46,485 bases of DNA from an uncultured Mageeibacillus sp. (lineage in GTDB: Bacteria; Bacillota; Clostridia; Saccharofermentanales; DTU023). Under the pieces are notes generated by a model that ran no database searches, was not told the DNA's origin, and worked only from the letters and a program-made list of their open reading frames with translations. Position 1 is the stretch's first letter; each line of letters begins with the position of its first letter. The translations under genes were made by a program, and so were the position numbers. Of this stretch, positions 16,727 to 26,551 are shown in pieces. The stretch lies in the NCBI GenBank assembly GCA_964624395.1, contig CAZUWY010000004.1, positions 1 through 46,485 on the forward strand, given 5' to 3'.

Positions 16727-17974
16727 CTAGCGGGCCTCCGCCTGATGCAAGGCAATAATCCTCTGCATTTCATTATAAGCGATCATATAGGCCTCATCGA
16801 CCCCCATACCCGGCTTACCCAGCAATTGATCCGCCTGAACCGCCATGGCGACATGGACGCAGAGCTGGGCGGAACGATCAGTTTCATTGCAGGTGCCGCC
16901 CAAATAGGCCCCGATGCCTTTTGCCTTGCAATAAAGCATTGCTTCAATTGTATGATCCAATCCACCCAGATCGGGGGTCTTAACTTGAATCATATGCCCG
17001 GCTTTGGCATCGGCAAAAGCGCGGACATCCTCTGCTGTATTGCACCATTCATCGGCCACCAGCTCTACCCCTAGACCGCGCTTGTCAACTTCTGCCGTCA
17101 GTTCGGATAAATATCTGATCTGAGAATCGCGGTCACCGGCATCAAGGGGACCTTCAATTCTAAGCTTAAAGGGCTTGGCCGCTTCCTCAAGCCTTTCCAG
17201 ATAATCCGCCATAGTTTCAATATTTGCACAGCCAAAAGCCATCCCGATTGTGCCATAAACATCAATCTGGATAATAGGCTGATAGGACTCATCCGGCTTA
17301 ATCTCACGGATGCGCTTGCTCAGCCAGCAAAGGTAGTCAAGCAGTATTTCACCCTGCTTGCCAAGTTTGCTTTCCACATTATTGATTAGTGCATGAGGCA
17401 GTACAGGAATCTCTTTAATGATCATTTTGTCTGCACTGTTATAGCGGTCATCACCACTCTGAGTAAATATTGGTATTAATTTATCGGAGACTTTTAAGTC
17501 ATATTCCTCCGCAATAACATCGCAGACCATCTTATGGTTGGCCCGGGCAATAGCGTGCAGGATTGCCTGACTCATACCGTAACGGATTGCTGTATGAAGT
17601 CTTTTGCCATCCACCCTGATTGCATCAAGAATTGCCACCATTTCTCTGAAACTGGTAATCTTTAAGCCTTCAAAATGCGGGGCTACATATTCTTCAATTA
17701 CGGGGATATAGTCAGAGGCAAGAAAAACCGGATCTCTGCCGCCGGCTCCAGAATACTGCACGGCTGCACAGTCGCCCCAGGCCAGCTGATCATCTTCTAA
17801 TAAGAACATGATCGAGATGGATTCCCCCGGCTGACGGACTGAGCTGTATCCTGAAGTTACCGGTTCACCCAGATAGCGGGCTCCATCTGCAACAGCCCCC
17901 TGTCTGATGGCCAGCTGATCATCAAAATAAAAGCCTGTCATACCCGGTGAGCAAATCATTTTCTTAATGCGCAT
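16727..17974 (-). CDS. mal: methylaspartate ammonia-lyase (enolase superfamily)
   Basis: 415 aa. The N-terminal CSPGMTGFYFDDQLAI motif, length and position directly downstream of glutamate mutase genes fit methylaspartase. Confidence 0.9.
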   Translation of the reverse strand: MRIKKMICSPGMTGFYFDDQLAIRQGAVADGARYLGEPVTSGYSSVRQPGESISIMFLLEDDQLAWGDCAAVQYSGAGGRDPVFLASDYIPVIEEYVAPHFEGLKITSFREMVAILDAIRVDGKRLHTAIRYGMSQAILHAIARANHKMVCDVIAEEYDLKVSDKLIPIFTQSGDDRYNSADKMIIKEIPVLPHALINNVESKLGKQGEILLDYLCWLSKRIREIKPDESYQPIIQIDVYGTIGMAFGCANIETMADYLERLEEAAKPFKLRIEGPLDAGDRDSQIRYLSELTAEVDKRGLGVELVADEWCNTAEDVRAFADAKAGHMIQVKTPDLGGLDHTIEAMLYCKAKGIGAYLGGTCNETDRSAQLCVHVAMAVQADQLLGKPGMGVDEAYMIAYNEMQRIIALHQAEAR

Positions 17975-18023
17975 TAATAAATCTCCTTAAAATAAAATTC
18001 TTCAAAAAACTATCTCTCAGCTG

Positions 18024-19475
18024 TCAGCGCGGCCGCCCGACTAGGCGTCCCTTGCTGATAGCATAGACATCGTCAATAACCATCTGGAAGGAAGCCTCCC
18101 TGTTCTCATAATGTGCTCTTTCTTCGATCTTTTGCCTGTGAAAATCTAAAAGTTCGGCAGGCAGAGGAATATTGCCCGGATGAAAGAGTCTTATGCAGCC
18201 CTCATTATCTCTGGCCGGCAGCATTTTCCCGGCATTAAAACGGCTGGGGGCAAAGGGTATGTCCAAAACACCAGCTTCAAAGGACCGGATCGTGCCCTGG
18301 GCGATATCGCCGTCACCGAGCTCTAGCACTTTATCCAGCACTGCCCTGGTCTCAGCGGCAATAATCACCTTTTCATCTTTGAGACTGTAGGTATTTAAGC
18401 TTTGCTCGCCCAGCATGGAAATCAGCTGCCTGGTGGTGCGAAGGCCGGCTGCATTGGCTTCCTTGGTCGGCACTCCCATCGCTTCATGCGGGGTTTTAAC
18501 AATAACTTTGGTGGCATGAGAAAGAGCAGCGGCAGAGCTTCCCCAGGCAATGACAGCATAAGCTTTGGCTTCATCTTGCGGAAATCCGCCCATCCACTGA
18601 TGCAGCACAGTGCTTACTTGCACATCGCCATAACCGAATCTGCGCAGATACTCATCTGTTAAAGACTGCAAAGTCTGTATAGCTGCGACATCCTGAACGA
18701 GGTTGCCGCATTGGCCATAACCAACCGTAATATTCTTTACACCCTGTTCTGCTGCCAGAATGCTCTCAATTATAGCCACGGCATGAGAGATGAAAGGAGG
18801 TACCAAAGTACCGGTCAAAGGACCGTATGGCTCACGGTTAATAGGGCAGCCGGCCTCCTCATAAAGGCCTGTCAGACGGTCAACATACTGCCAGTCCCGA
18901 ATGGTTGTGGCCAGGGGAACTGATTTGGCATAGGGGATATTGTAGGATATGCCACCCCCCTCATAACTGGTAAAGCCTCCGGCATAAGATATCTCGGCTA
19001 AAAGCCTGGCATCGGGCGTGCCGTGCCTGATCTGAACAGGAATACTTAGGCTGTCAATAATTTGCCTGCAGCCGAAAACACCATGGTTGACCGCGGGAAA
19101 GCCATTCAGCATTGATTTATTCTCGCGCACGGATTCCTCAATGCCGATCTCAGCCTCTTTATAGCGGTTTTGCCTGGTATAGCTGTCGATGGTGGTGGGT
19201 AAAAGATCTGCCTCCCCTTCATCTTGCAGGTAAGTTAAAAGCTCAATGTGCTGAGGGATCAAAGCAACGCCGGCCCGGGGCTGGATAAGAGTGGTACCGC
19301 TTTCTTTAGCCTCACTCAGCTTCAAGCTGAAAATTTTCTCTGCGGGCATAGATTTATGGTAAGCTACTGCATCTTCAAAATTGACGTCAGCGCCGGTCGG
19401 CCATTGCGTCAGAATTTGTTTTTGGGCTTCCAAAAACTCGTCTGCACTGAGTTTTTTTGCTGTAATATTACTCAT
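18024..19475 (-). CDS. glmE: glutamate mutase (methylaspartate mutase) epsilon/E subunit
   Basis: 483 aa, the typical E-subunit length. It sits in the gene order S-L-E-mal and overlaps glmL by 8 nt. Confidence 0.9.
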   Translation of the reverse strand: MSNITAKKLSADEFLEAQKQILTQWPTGADVNFEDAVAYHKSMPAEKIFSLKLSEAKESGTTLIQPRAGVALIPQHIELLTYLQDEGEADLLPTTIDSYTRQNRYKEAEIGIEESVRENKSMLNGFPAVNHGVFGCRQIIDSLSIPVQIRHGTPDARLLAEISYAGGFTSYEGGGISYNIPYAKSVPLATTIRDWQYVDRLTGLYEEAGCPINREPYGPLTGTLVPPFISHAVAIIESILAAEQGVKNITVGYGQCGNLVQDVAAIQTLQSLTDEYLRRFGYGDVQVSTVLHQWMGGFPQDEAKAYAVIAWGSSAAALSHATKVIVKTPHEAMGVPTKEANAAGLRTTRQLISMLGEQSLNTYSLKDEKVIIAAETRAVLDKVLELGDGDIAQGTIRSFEAGVLDIPFAPSRFNAGKMLPARDNEGCIRLFHPGNIPLPAELLDFHRQKIEERAHYENREASFQMVIDDVYAISKGRLVGRPR

Positions 19476-20844
19476 TCAGCAGCTCCTTTCTCATAATCTT
19501 CAAAGCTATGTCAGGATATATAACACTTAAAACTCCCATAGCCGAGAGCAGATATTTCTTGTCTAGGATGAAGTCAGACCGCTTAGGTCTCAGCGATTTG
19601 CCTTCATGGGGGTTGTAGAGGGCATGAGAGAGGATTTCTTCAATTCTGGAAGAATACACCAACGCACCCCCTGTTGCCACAATTTTATCTACCGACCGGA
19701 GATCTTTGCCGCTTTGAACAAATGTCTGGCCCAGCGGTGTATAAATCTCCTCTAGCCTGCCTGCATGCCTTCTACTGGCAATTTCAACTGCCAGAGAGGC
19801 TATGCCATATTCCAGTGTAGCGATTTCTTCCTTTTCCGGCAATATTTCCGGCTCAAATTGAAGAGTTTTTAACAAATCCTTTATTTTTTCCTCTTCAAGC
19901 CCAGTAATTTGTCTCAGCCGGGTGATACCGGCCTCAGCAACAATACCATCCAGGCTGTAGCGCATGCCGATATCTCCCTCAACGGTGCGCTTGGCATATG
20001 GCTCTGGCAAGCCTTTTTGAATGGTATTAAGAGCAGCGGGAAAACCGTCAGCCAATGAGTAGACGTCTGTTGTGGCGCCGCCCAGATCTATGGCGACAAG
20101 ATCACCAATACCTTTAATATTTTCACTGCCTCTGGCCAGTAAGCTCATGGCTTTAAGCATAGCCTGGGGTGTAGGCATGACAATTTCCGTCAGCAAGCTC
20201 TCAATTTGAGACAGGCCCTTGGCCCTGACGATTCTTTGCATAAATAATTGGCGAATTTTTTCTTGGACAGGAGAGATATTTAATTCACCCAGCCGCGGCA
20301 TCACATTGGGGCAAACAGTCAAGTCAAATTTAGCCAAAATCTTGCCCAGTTCTTCTGCTGCCGTGCGATTGCCGGCATAGATCAGAGGGCATGTCAGATT
20401 GCTGCCGGCCAGCTTATGGGCATTATGAATAACTACGGATTGATTGCCGCCATCCGTTCCTCCGGTCAGTAAAATGATTTCTGGCTCAGCCTTTGTTATC
20501 TCCTTTAGATCTTCTGAGGTGAGCTCATGTGCATAAGCCTTGACCACTTTTGCACCGGCACCCAAAGCGGCACCGCGGGCAGCTTCGGCAGTAAGTTCAG
20601 GCATTAGGCCGGAGACAACCATGCGCAGACCACCTGCTGCTGAAGAGCAGGCCAGTGTTTGAACAAATTCAAGTTCACCCGTTAGCTTAAATAGTTTTTC
20701 CTGGGCAGCAAGAAGCCCGTGCATAATATCTGTGCCGGCAGTGGTGAAAGCAGTCGCATTGCCCAGCAGGGAAGAACTGTCCAGATCTACAGCAGTGATT
20801 TTAGTGTAGGTGCTGCCAAAATCAATCAGAAGCACTGCTTTCAT
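19468..20844 (-). CDS. glmL: glutamate mutase accessory protein L (ASKHA-fold putative reactivase/chaperone)
   Basis: 458 aa. The N-terminal [11 protein letters not shown] phosphate-1 motif and a later [10 protein letters not shown] motif are characteristic of the GlmL/MutL family. It lies between the S and E subunits. Confidence 0.85.
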   Translation of the reverse strand: MKAVLLIDFGSTYTKITAVDLDSSSLLGNATAFTTAGTDIMHGLLAAQEKLFKLTGELEFVQTLACSSAAGGLRMVVSGLMPELTAEAARGAALGAGAKVVKAYAHELTSEDLKEITKAEPEIILLTGGTDGGNQSVVIHNAHKLAGSNLTCPLIYAGNRTAAEELGKILAKFDLTVCPNVMPRLGELNISPVQEKIRQLFMQRIVRAKGLSQIESLLTEIVMPTPQAMLKAMSLLARGSENIKGIGDLVAIDLGGATTDVYSLADGFPAALNTIQKGLPEPYAKRTVEGDIGMRYSLDGIVAEAGITRLRQITGLEEEKIKDLLKTLQFEPEILPEKEEIATLEYGIASLAVEIASRRHAGRLEEIYTPLGQTFVQSGKDLRSVDKIVATGGALVYSSRIEEILSHALYNPHEGKSLRPKRSDFILDKKYLLSAMGVLSVIYPDIALKIMRKELLNE

Positions 20845-21316
20845 AGCAATCCTCCCCGGGAGAATAATCTTTAATTTGTTCCTTGGCCTTTATTTCTGTC
20901 TCAGCTAAAGCAGCCAGATCTTTTTTCAAATAATCAATCCCTGTTTCCGGAGAAGTCCCCGGTGGAAACACTCGGTCAAAACCCATTTTTATGAAGCGCT
21001 TTTCCACCTCGGCAAAGGGCTGTTTGCCCACAACAATATTGCCGCCCACATAAAGAAGGATGCCCTCTAAACCAGCCTCATTGCATTTATCTCTCATGCC
21101 GCGAACATCAAGTTCTCCATGCCCGTAAAGAGAAGAGACCAAGATGGCCTCTGCGGCTGTTTCTATAGCTGCAGCAATGAATTCCTCCTGAGACACCATC
21201 ACGCCCAGATTGATCACATCGAAACCTGCAGCCAAAAAAGCATGCTCAAGTATCCTGATGCCAACTGCATGCACATCAGCCCCAATCACGCCCATCACCA
21301 GCTTTTTCTTGTTCAT
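20822..21316 (-). CDS. glmS: glutamate mutase sigma/S subunit (cobalamin-binding)
   Basis: [11 protein letters not shown] contains the DxHxxG base-off/His-on B12 motif. As I recall, characterised S subunits are about 137 aa; this ORF is 164 aa with a C-terminal extension overlapping glmL by 23 nt. Confidence 0.9.
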   Translation of the reverse strand: MNKKKLVMGVIGADVHAVGIRILEHAFLAAGFDVINLGVMVSQEEFIAAAIETAAEAILVSSLYGHGELDVRGMRDKCNEAGLEGILLYVGGNIVVGKQPFAEVEKRFIKMGFDRVFPPGTSPETGIDYLKKDLAALAETEIKAKEQIKDYSPGEDCYESSASD

Positions 21317-21318
21317 AG

Positions 21319-21906
21319 TTATTCAGCCTCGTCTTCAGATGTAAATTTTTCTTCCCTTTGGTCCAGATATCTCTTTGGACCTATCTGGTAAAGATCCTGG
21401 CCTTTGGAATCTATGGCCACTATGAGGGGAAAATCTTTAACTTCAAGTCGTCTTAGAGCCTCTGCGCCAAGGTCCTCATAAGCAATAAGCTCGGCTGCAA
21501 CAATTTTTTCTGCCAGAAGTGCTCCCGCACCTCCGACAGCGGCAAAATAGACTCCGCCGTATTCTTGTAAAGCAGCTTTGACCTCGTCACTTCTAAAGCC
21601 CTTGCCTATCATGCCCCTAAGCCCGTGCTTGAGCAAAAGAGGAGTATAGGGATCCATGCGATATGAAGTGGTGGGGCCGGCTGAACCTATCACTTCACCG
21701 GGCTTGGCCGGGCTTGGACCTACATAAAAGATGATTGCGTCCTGAAGAGGAAAGGGCAGCTTTTCCCCTTTTAATAAAGCCTCTTGAAAACGCTGATGCC
21801 CGGCATCTCTAGCTGTGTAAATCGTACCGGTCAAATAGACCTTGTCGCCAGCTTCAAGTCTTCTGGCCTCTTCTTCGCTGAGCGGGGTCTTAAGATGTTT
21901 TTCCAC
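21319..21906 (-). CDS. class I Fe-S hydro-lyase (fumarate/tartrate/mesaconate hydratase family) beta subunit
   Basis: 195 aa. [13 protein letters not shown] and GPTTSYRMD motifs are typical of the C-terminal domain or beta subunit of class I fumarase/TtdB. It overlaps the alpha subunit by 1 nt. Confidence 0.85.
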   Translation of the reverse strand: MEKHLKTPLSEEEARRLEAGDKVYLTGTIYTARDAGHQRFQEALLKGEKLPFPLQDAIIFYVGPSPAKPGEVIGSAGPTTSYRMDPYTPLLLKHGLRGMIGKGFRSDEVKAALQEYGGVYFAAVGGAGALLAEKIVAAELIAYEDLGAEALRRLEVKDFPLIVAIDSKGQDLYQIGPKRYLDQREEKFTSEDEAE

Positions 21907-22745
21907 TAGAGCACCTCTCTGGCATGCCTGGTCGCATGGCAGCTAATATTTACCGCCACCGGTAGACCGGCAATATGGGTGGGCAAAGTTTCTATGGCAA
22001 GGGCTAGGGCAGTAAACCTTCCACCCAGGCCCATCGGTCCAAGTCCCGTGCTGTTTATCTCTGCCAGCAATTCTTTTTCCAGCTGGGCATAAAAAGGATC
22101 TGAATTGGCCTGATCCAAAGGCCGCAAAAGTGCCAGCTTCGAGATCAAAGCGGCCTTGTCAAAATTTCCCCCGATACCGACGCCGACTATAATCGGGGGG
22201 CAGGGATTAGGTCCAGCCTCTTTGACTGTTTTGAGGACAAATCTCTTGATCCCCTCAATACCGTCAGCCGGTCTTAGCATTGCTAGCTGGCTCATATTCT
22301 CACTGCCAAAACCTTTGGCAGTAAATATTACTTCCACCTTATCTCCCGGAACAAGTTCGGTATAGATCATGGCGGGAGTGTTATCGCCAGTATTAACGCG
22401 CCTAAGCGGATCTCCCACTATCGATTTGCGCAGGTAATTATTAATATAAGCCTCACGGACACCTTGCTGAACAGCTTCATAGGGATCAGACTGAAAATGG
22501 ACATCTAGGCCTACGCGCAAAAAGATCAGTGCCATACCGGTATCCTGGCAGATAGGTATTTTCTTTGCCGCAGCCAGATCAGCATTTGCCAGCAAGTCGT
22601 CCAGAATAGATTTAGCCGTCTCGCCGTCCTCTGACTTTCTCGCTTCCTGCAAAGATCTGTAGACATCAGGGGGTAATACAGTACAGCTTTGAGCAGCCAT
22701 CCTTCGAACCGCGGCAGTCAACAATTTCGGATCAAATTCGCGCAT
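21906..22745 (-). CDS. class I Fe-S hydro-lyase alpha subunit (probable mesaconase component by context)
   Basis: 279 aa. PICQDTGMA, GVGIGG and NISCHATRH are cluster-ligand-type motifs typical of class I fumarase/TtdA N-terminal domains. Confidence 0.85.
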   Translation of the reverse strand: MREFDPKLLTAAVRRMAAQSCTVLPPDVYRSLQEARKSEDGETAKSILDDLLANADLAAAKKIPICQDTGMALIFLRVGLDVHFQSDPYEAVQQGVREAYINNYLRKSIVGDPLRRVNTGDNTPAMIYTELVPGDKVEVIFTAKGFGSENMSQLAMLRPADGIEGIKRFVLKTVKEAGPNPCPPIIVGVGIGGNFDKAALISKLALLRPLDQANSDPFYAQLEKELLAEINSTGLGPMGLGGRFTALALAIETLPTHIAGLPVAVNISCHATRHAREVL

Positions 22746-22772
22746 GTTAGCCTCACATATTTATTTGATTTT

Positions 22773-22801
22773 ACAATACCCCTGATCTGGCCAGTAAGCA
22801 A
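22773..22801 (-). promoter_or_regulatory. candidate promoter for the glutamate fermentation operon
   Basis: The minus strand reads TTGCTT (22801-22796), a 17-nt spacer, then TATTGT (22778-22773). A GTGAGG Shine-Dalgarno sequence follows before the ATG at 22745. Confidence 0.3.
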
Positions 22802-22912
22802 CAGATATCTCCGGATTGGCGGCCTTTAGATACACCTGCAGGCTTTAATGACAGCAAAAGCGATTAAAGTTAAAATAGTTTATATTAGATGGCCCTAAAG
22901 CGGAGGAATATT

Positions 22913-24688
22913 ATGTCCATAGCAATGAGAAAAGACGTCCCTCAGGAAGATTGCTGGGAGCTTTCTGATTTATTTGCAAGCGATGCTGACTGGAGACAGG
23001 CTGGCAAAGATATCGATGCTTTGGTTTTGACTTTCATTGAAAATTATGAGGGGAAAATCAAGGACTCAAGCAGTCAAGCAGAGATCTTAAAAGCCATTTT
23101 TTCCTATGATGAAATATATCAGCAGTTAAGCCCCTATGCAAGCTATGCCAGCCTGGATCATGCTGCAGATCACACTGATCCGCAAAAGGCGCAAAAAGCA
23201 AAAGAAGCTAACAGCTTTTTAGCTGAAACCAGAGCCAGACTGTCCTTTTTTGAAAGTGAACTATCGCTATTAAGCAGTGATTTGCTGGCAGACTTGGCTC
23301 AAGATAAAAGCTTTAATGCTTTCCTCAAAATGCTAATCAAGAAAAAGGATCATCTGTTTGGAGCTGAAACAGAAAGGGTTTTGCAGGCTCTCTCTGGCTC
23401 AGTACTGGATCTGCCCTATCAGTCTTATCAGGCGGCAAAGCTTGCCGACCTGTCCTTTCCAGACTTCACCGTCAAACATAAAACCTATCCACTCTCCTTT
23501 AGCCTGTTCGAAAACAAATACCAGCTGGAGCCGGATAAAAAGATTAGGCATCAAGCTTTCAATTCCTTCTCAGAGGGTCTGGGAAAATACCGCCACAGCA
23601 TAGCCAATGCCTACAATGCTCAGGTGCAAAAGGAGATCAGCCTCTCCCGTCTGCGCGGCTATAGTTCTGTGATTGACTATCTGCTGGAAGACCAGGAGGT
23701 GGATAGTAATCTTTTCCATCGCCAGATTGATTTGATCACCACCCACCTGGCCGAGCCCATGCGCCGCTATGCTGAGAAAATCAAAAAAATACACTCCCTG
23801 ACAGAGATGAGCTGGGCTGATCTGAAACTGACGCCAACTGCAAAGGCTTATCCGGAAATTACTAGAGATCAGGCCAAAGAACTGATCAAAAACGCTGTGG
23901 CCGGACTAGGTGAAGAATATCAGGCAATTATCGAGCGCGCTTTTTCAGAACGCTGGATAGATTTTGCGGAAAACATTGGCAAATCCACCGGTGCTTTTTG
24001 CGCCCAGCCATATGGCAGGCATCCTTTCATTTTGGTCAACTGGCAAAAAACAATCGATGATGTTTACACCCTGGCTCATGAACTGGGTCATGCCACCCAA
24101 ACGATTATTGCGCAAAAGGGGAATCAATATCTGCAAATGTCCCCCTCTTTATACTTTATCGAGGCACCTTCAACTATCCATGAACTGCTACTGACGCAAT
24201 ATCTAATGACTAAAGCTGAATACAAGAATATAGCAGCAGTTTTAATGGTTGCTAATACCTATTATCATAATTTTGTCACTCATTTACTGGAAGCCGCTTT
24301 TCAACGCGAGGTTTACAGCACTGCTGAAAAGGGCAAAAATCTGGTTGCAGACGATTTTGATCAGATCAAATACAATGTGTTACAAGCTTTCTGGGGCAAG
24401 GATATTATAATCAATCCCGGAGCCGAAAGAACCTGGATGCGCCAGCCCCATTATTATATGGGACTTTACCCCTACACCTACAGTGCGGGGCTGACCATTG
24501 CCACAGCTGTCAGTCTGCGCTTTGAGGCCGGAGATGAAAAGGCAGCCTCAGACTGGCTTGCCACCCTGGCAGCTGGAGGAGCGAAAGATCCTGTGGGCTT
24601 GGCTAAAATCGCCGGCGTGGACATTACCAGCGATCGAGCCTTGCTGGACACCATTGCCTATATAGATAGCTTGATCGGGCAGATTTAA
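22913..24688 (+). CDS. pepF: oligoendopeptidase F (M3B family zinc metallopeptidase)
   Basis: HEXXH zinc motif in LAHELGHATQ; length and overall pattern fit PepF. I prefer the ATG at 22913 (GGAGGA 5 nt upstream) over the ATG at 22889. Confidence 0.9.
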   Translation: MSIAMRKDVPQEDCWELSDLFASDADWRQAGKDIDALVLTFIENYEGKIKDSSSQAEILKAIFSYDEIYQQLSPYASYASLDHAADHTDPQKAQKAKEANSFLAETRARLSFFESELSLLSSDLLADLAQDKSFNAFLKMLIKKKDHLFGAETERVLQALSGSVLDLPYQSYQAAKLADLSFPDFTVKHKTYPLSFSLFENKYQLEPDKKIRHQAFNSFSEGLGKYRHSIANAYNAQVQKEISLSRLRGYSSVIDYLLEDQEVDSNLFHRQIDLITTHLAEPMRRYAEKIKKIHSLTEMSWADLKLTPTAKAYPEITRDQAKELIKNAVAGLGEEYQAIIERAFSERWIDFAENIGKSTGAFCAQPYGRHPFILVNWQKTIDDVYTLAHELGHATQTIIAQKGNQYLQMSPSLYFIEAPSTIHELLLTQYLMTKAEYKNIAAVLMVANTYYHNFVTHLLEAAFQREVYSTAEKGKNLVADDFDQIKYNVLQAFWGKDIIINPGAERTWMRQPHYYMGLYPYTYSAGLTIATAVSLRFEAGDEKAASDWLATLAAGGAKDPVGLAKIAGVDITSDRALLDTIAYIDSLIGQI

Positions 24689-24708
24689 ACAAAGAAATTA
24701 TCGTAAAA

Positions 24709-25584
24709 ATGAAACGAAAGCAGTATAAAAATATAAATCAGCCGGAGAGGCTGCGCAAGAGAAAATTTTTAGCGTTAAAAATTATTCTTCTTTTAATCAT
24801 CTTGCTTCTTTTTGCCTGGAGATTCAATCTTGACTGCCTGAAAATTAACCGTATTAAACTAAATGATGCCCGAATCAAAGACAAGGTAAGCATTGTCCTG
24901 ATAACAGATCTTCATGGTAAGAGTTTTGGTGATGAAAATAAAAGGCTGGTCAAAAAGGTCCTGGCTCAGGAGGCTGACGCTGTTCTGGTTGCTGGCGATA
25001 TGTACACCAGAAATGATCTTTTCGGCCAAAAAACGGCTGCCAGGCTGATGCATGATTTGGCTGAGGGATCAGCTCCGGTATTTTATGTAACGGGAGAACA
25101 CGATAATGATCAGGATTTTCACGATCTCATCAGCTCCTATGGCGTTAAAGTTTTAGCTTTTGACCGGGAGCTTTTGCAGGTTGGCAATACTAGGATTGAG
25201 CTTTACGGCATCAATTCAGTCTATTTTTGGGAAAAATATAATCTGGCCAATGAGGTGACAGCAGATCCCAGCTACTACAGTATCCTACTCGCCCATATAC
25301 CCAACTGGCCCAAATACAAGGATGCCGCTTTCGATTTAATCTTGTCCGGGGACACGCATGGGGGACAGGTGCGCCTGCCTTTCCTAGGAGCCATCTGGCT
25401 CAATCAATGGCTGCCTGAAATAAGAGATAAAGATTATCTAGTCAAGGGTCTCTACAGCAGATACGGCCAACAGCTCATTGTCTCCAGCGGACTTGGCACT
25501 GTCTATCCTCATCTTCGCTTTTGGAACCGCCCGGAGATAGTAGTTATAGAGCTCGAACCTCCGTCTTACACTTTATATGATTGA
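24709..25584 (+). CDS. membrane-anchored calcineurin-like metallophosphoesterase (YkuE/YaeI-like)
   Basis: N-terminal TM span (ALKIILLLIILLLFAW). Metallophosphoesterase motifs are ITDLHG, VAGDMY, TGEHD, LLAHIP and SGDTHGGQVRLP. Confidence 0.8.
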   Translation: MKRKQYKNINQPERLRKRKFLALKIILLLIILLLFAWRFNLDCLKINRIKLNDARIKDKVSIVLITDLHGKSFGDENKRLVKKVLAQEADAVLVAGDMYTRNDLFGQKTAARLMHDLAEGSAPVFYVTGEHDNDQDFHDLISSYGVKVLAFDRELLQVGNTRIELYGINSVYFWEKYNLANEVTADPSYYSILLAHIPNWPKYKDAAFDLILSGDTHGGQVRLPFLGAIWLNQWLPEIRDKDYLVKGLYSRYGQQLIVSSGLGTVYPHLRFWNRPEIVVIELEPPSYTLYD

Positions 25585-25608
25585 TATAAGAATCAGATTG
25601 AAACGGAA

Positions 25609-26196
25609 ATGGAAAGACAAATCAAAGTTCAATTATTGCAAAGGGAGATAAGCCTAGCAGATTATATTGAGAATTATCTGGACATAGACAGATTTCTAAA
25701 CTATTGCAAAGAATGTCCAGATTACGGTCTTTTCTGGGTTTGCCCTCCTTTAAGTTTCAACGCAGAAGATTTTTGGCGCCAGTACGACAGCCTTCTCCTC
25801 TATGGTAAAAAGATCATGCTTCCCCGGCAGATGACTGAAATCCAATATAGCCAAGAGGATCTGAATGCTTTAGTCGACAGTTTACTGGCTGATAAAAAGA
25901 GGGAAATTACTGCAGATCTACTTAAGATGGAAAAATATTTCCCCGGCAGCAAAGCTTTGGCCGCCGGCAAATGCGACGGCTGTGTTGTCTGCTCCAGGCA
26001 ACTTGAGCTAGAGTGCCCCAAACCATTTTATGCCCGCTATTCGCTTGAAGCTCTGGGCGGTGATGTGGTAAAAACCGCCAAAGACTATCTGGGAGTAGAT
26101 CTTTTGTGGCCGAAGAACGGCTATTTGCCTGAATATTTTTTCCTTTTAGGTGGGCTTTTAAAGAAAAAAGGCCATCTTTTTCCAGATGACCCTTGA
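25609..26196 (+). CDS. DUF2284-like predicted metal-binding protein
   Basis: 195 aa. The Cys pattern is CKECPDYGLFWVCPP, with later CDGCVVCSRQLELECP, as I recall for DUF2284. Confidence 0.6.
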   Translation: MERQIKVQLLQREISLADYIENYLDIDRFLNYCKECPDYGLFWVCPPLSFNAEDFWRQYDSLLLYGKKIMLPRQMTEIQYSQEDLNALVDSLLADKKREITADLLKMEKYFPGSKALAAGKCDGCVVCSRQLELECPKPFYARYSLEALGGDVVKTAKDYLGVDLLWPKNGYLPEYFFLLGGLLKKKGHLFPDDP

Positions 26197-26218
26197 TCCT
26201 AATTTGAAATACAAAAGC

Positions 26219-26533
26219 CTAGCGCAACCAGACAAAGACACAAAACAAGATAAATAAAACCAGCCCGGCAATATAGACAGTGGCAATTAAAAGAGCACTC
26301 AAAAGAGAATTGCGGGTGAAAGCCCTGATATCTTCTCTGGTAAACTCACTGGCGGGAGAAGCCAGACCCTGATCTTCCCTGCTCAGTCTTCTTTCTTTCC
26401 AGTTGCGAATATCTCTGCGTGCATATTTTCCAGCAGCTGAATCAAAGATTGACGGCCTGGTCCAGGGCATGCCTTCAACATCCATATTGGCAACCACTTG
26501 ACCATCATCTAATTTGTCTTTATCTCTCCGCAT
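26219..26533 (-). CDS. hypothetical C-terminally anchored small membrane protein, 18 nt downstream of oppF
   Basis: 104 aa with a charged N-terminal 75 aa and a single C-terminal TM span (LLSALLIATVYIAGLVLFILFCVFVWL). The Shine-Dalgarno sequence is weak, so coding status is uncertain. Confidence 0.4.
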   Translation of the reverse strand: MRRDKDKLDDGQVVANMDVEGMPWTRPSIFDSAAGKYARRDIRNWKERRLSREDQGLASPASEFTREDIRAFTRNSLLSALLIATVYIAGLVLFILFCVFVWLR

Positions 26534-26551
26534 CCTTTGCCTTTATCCAAT

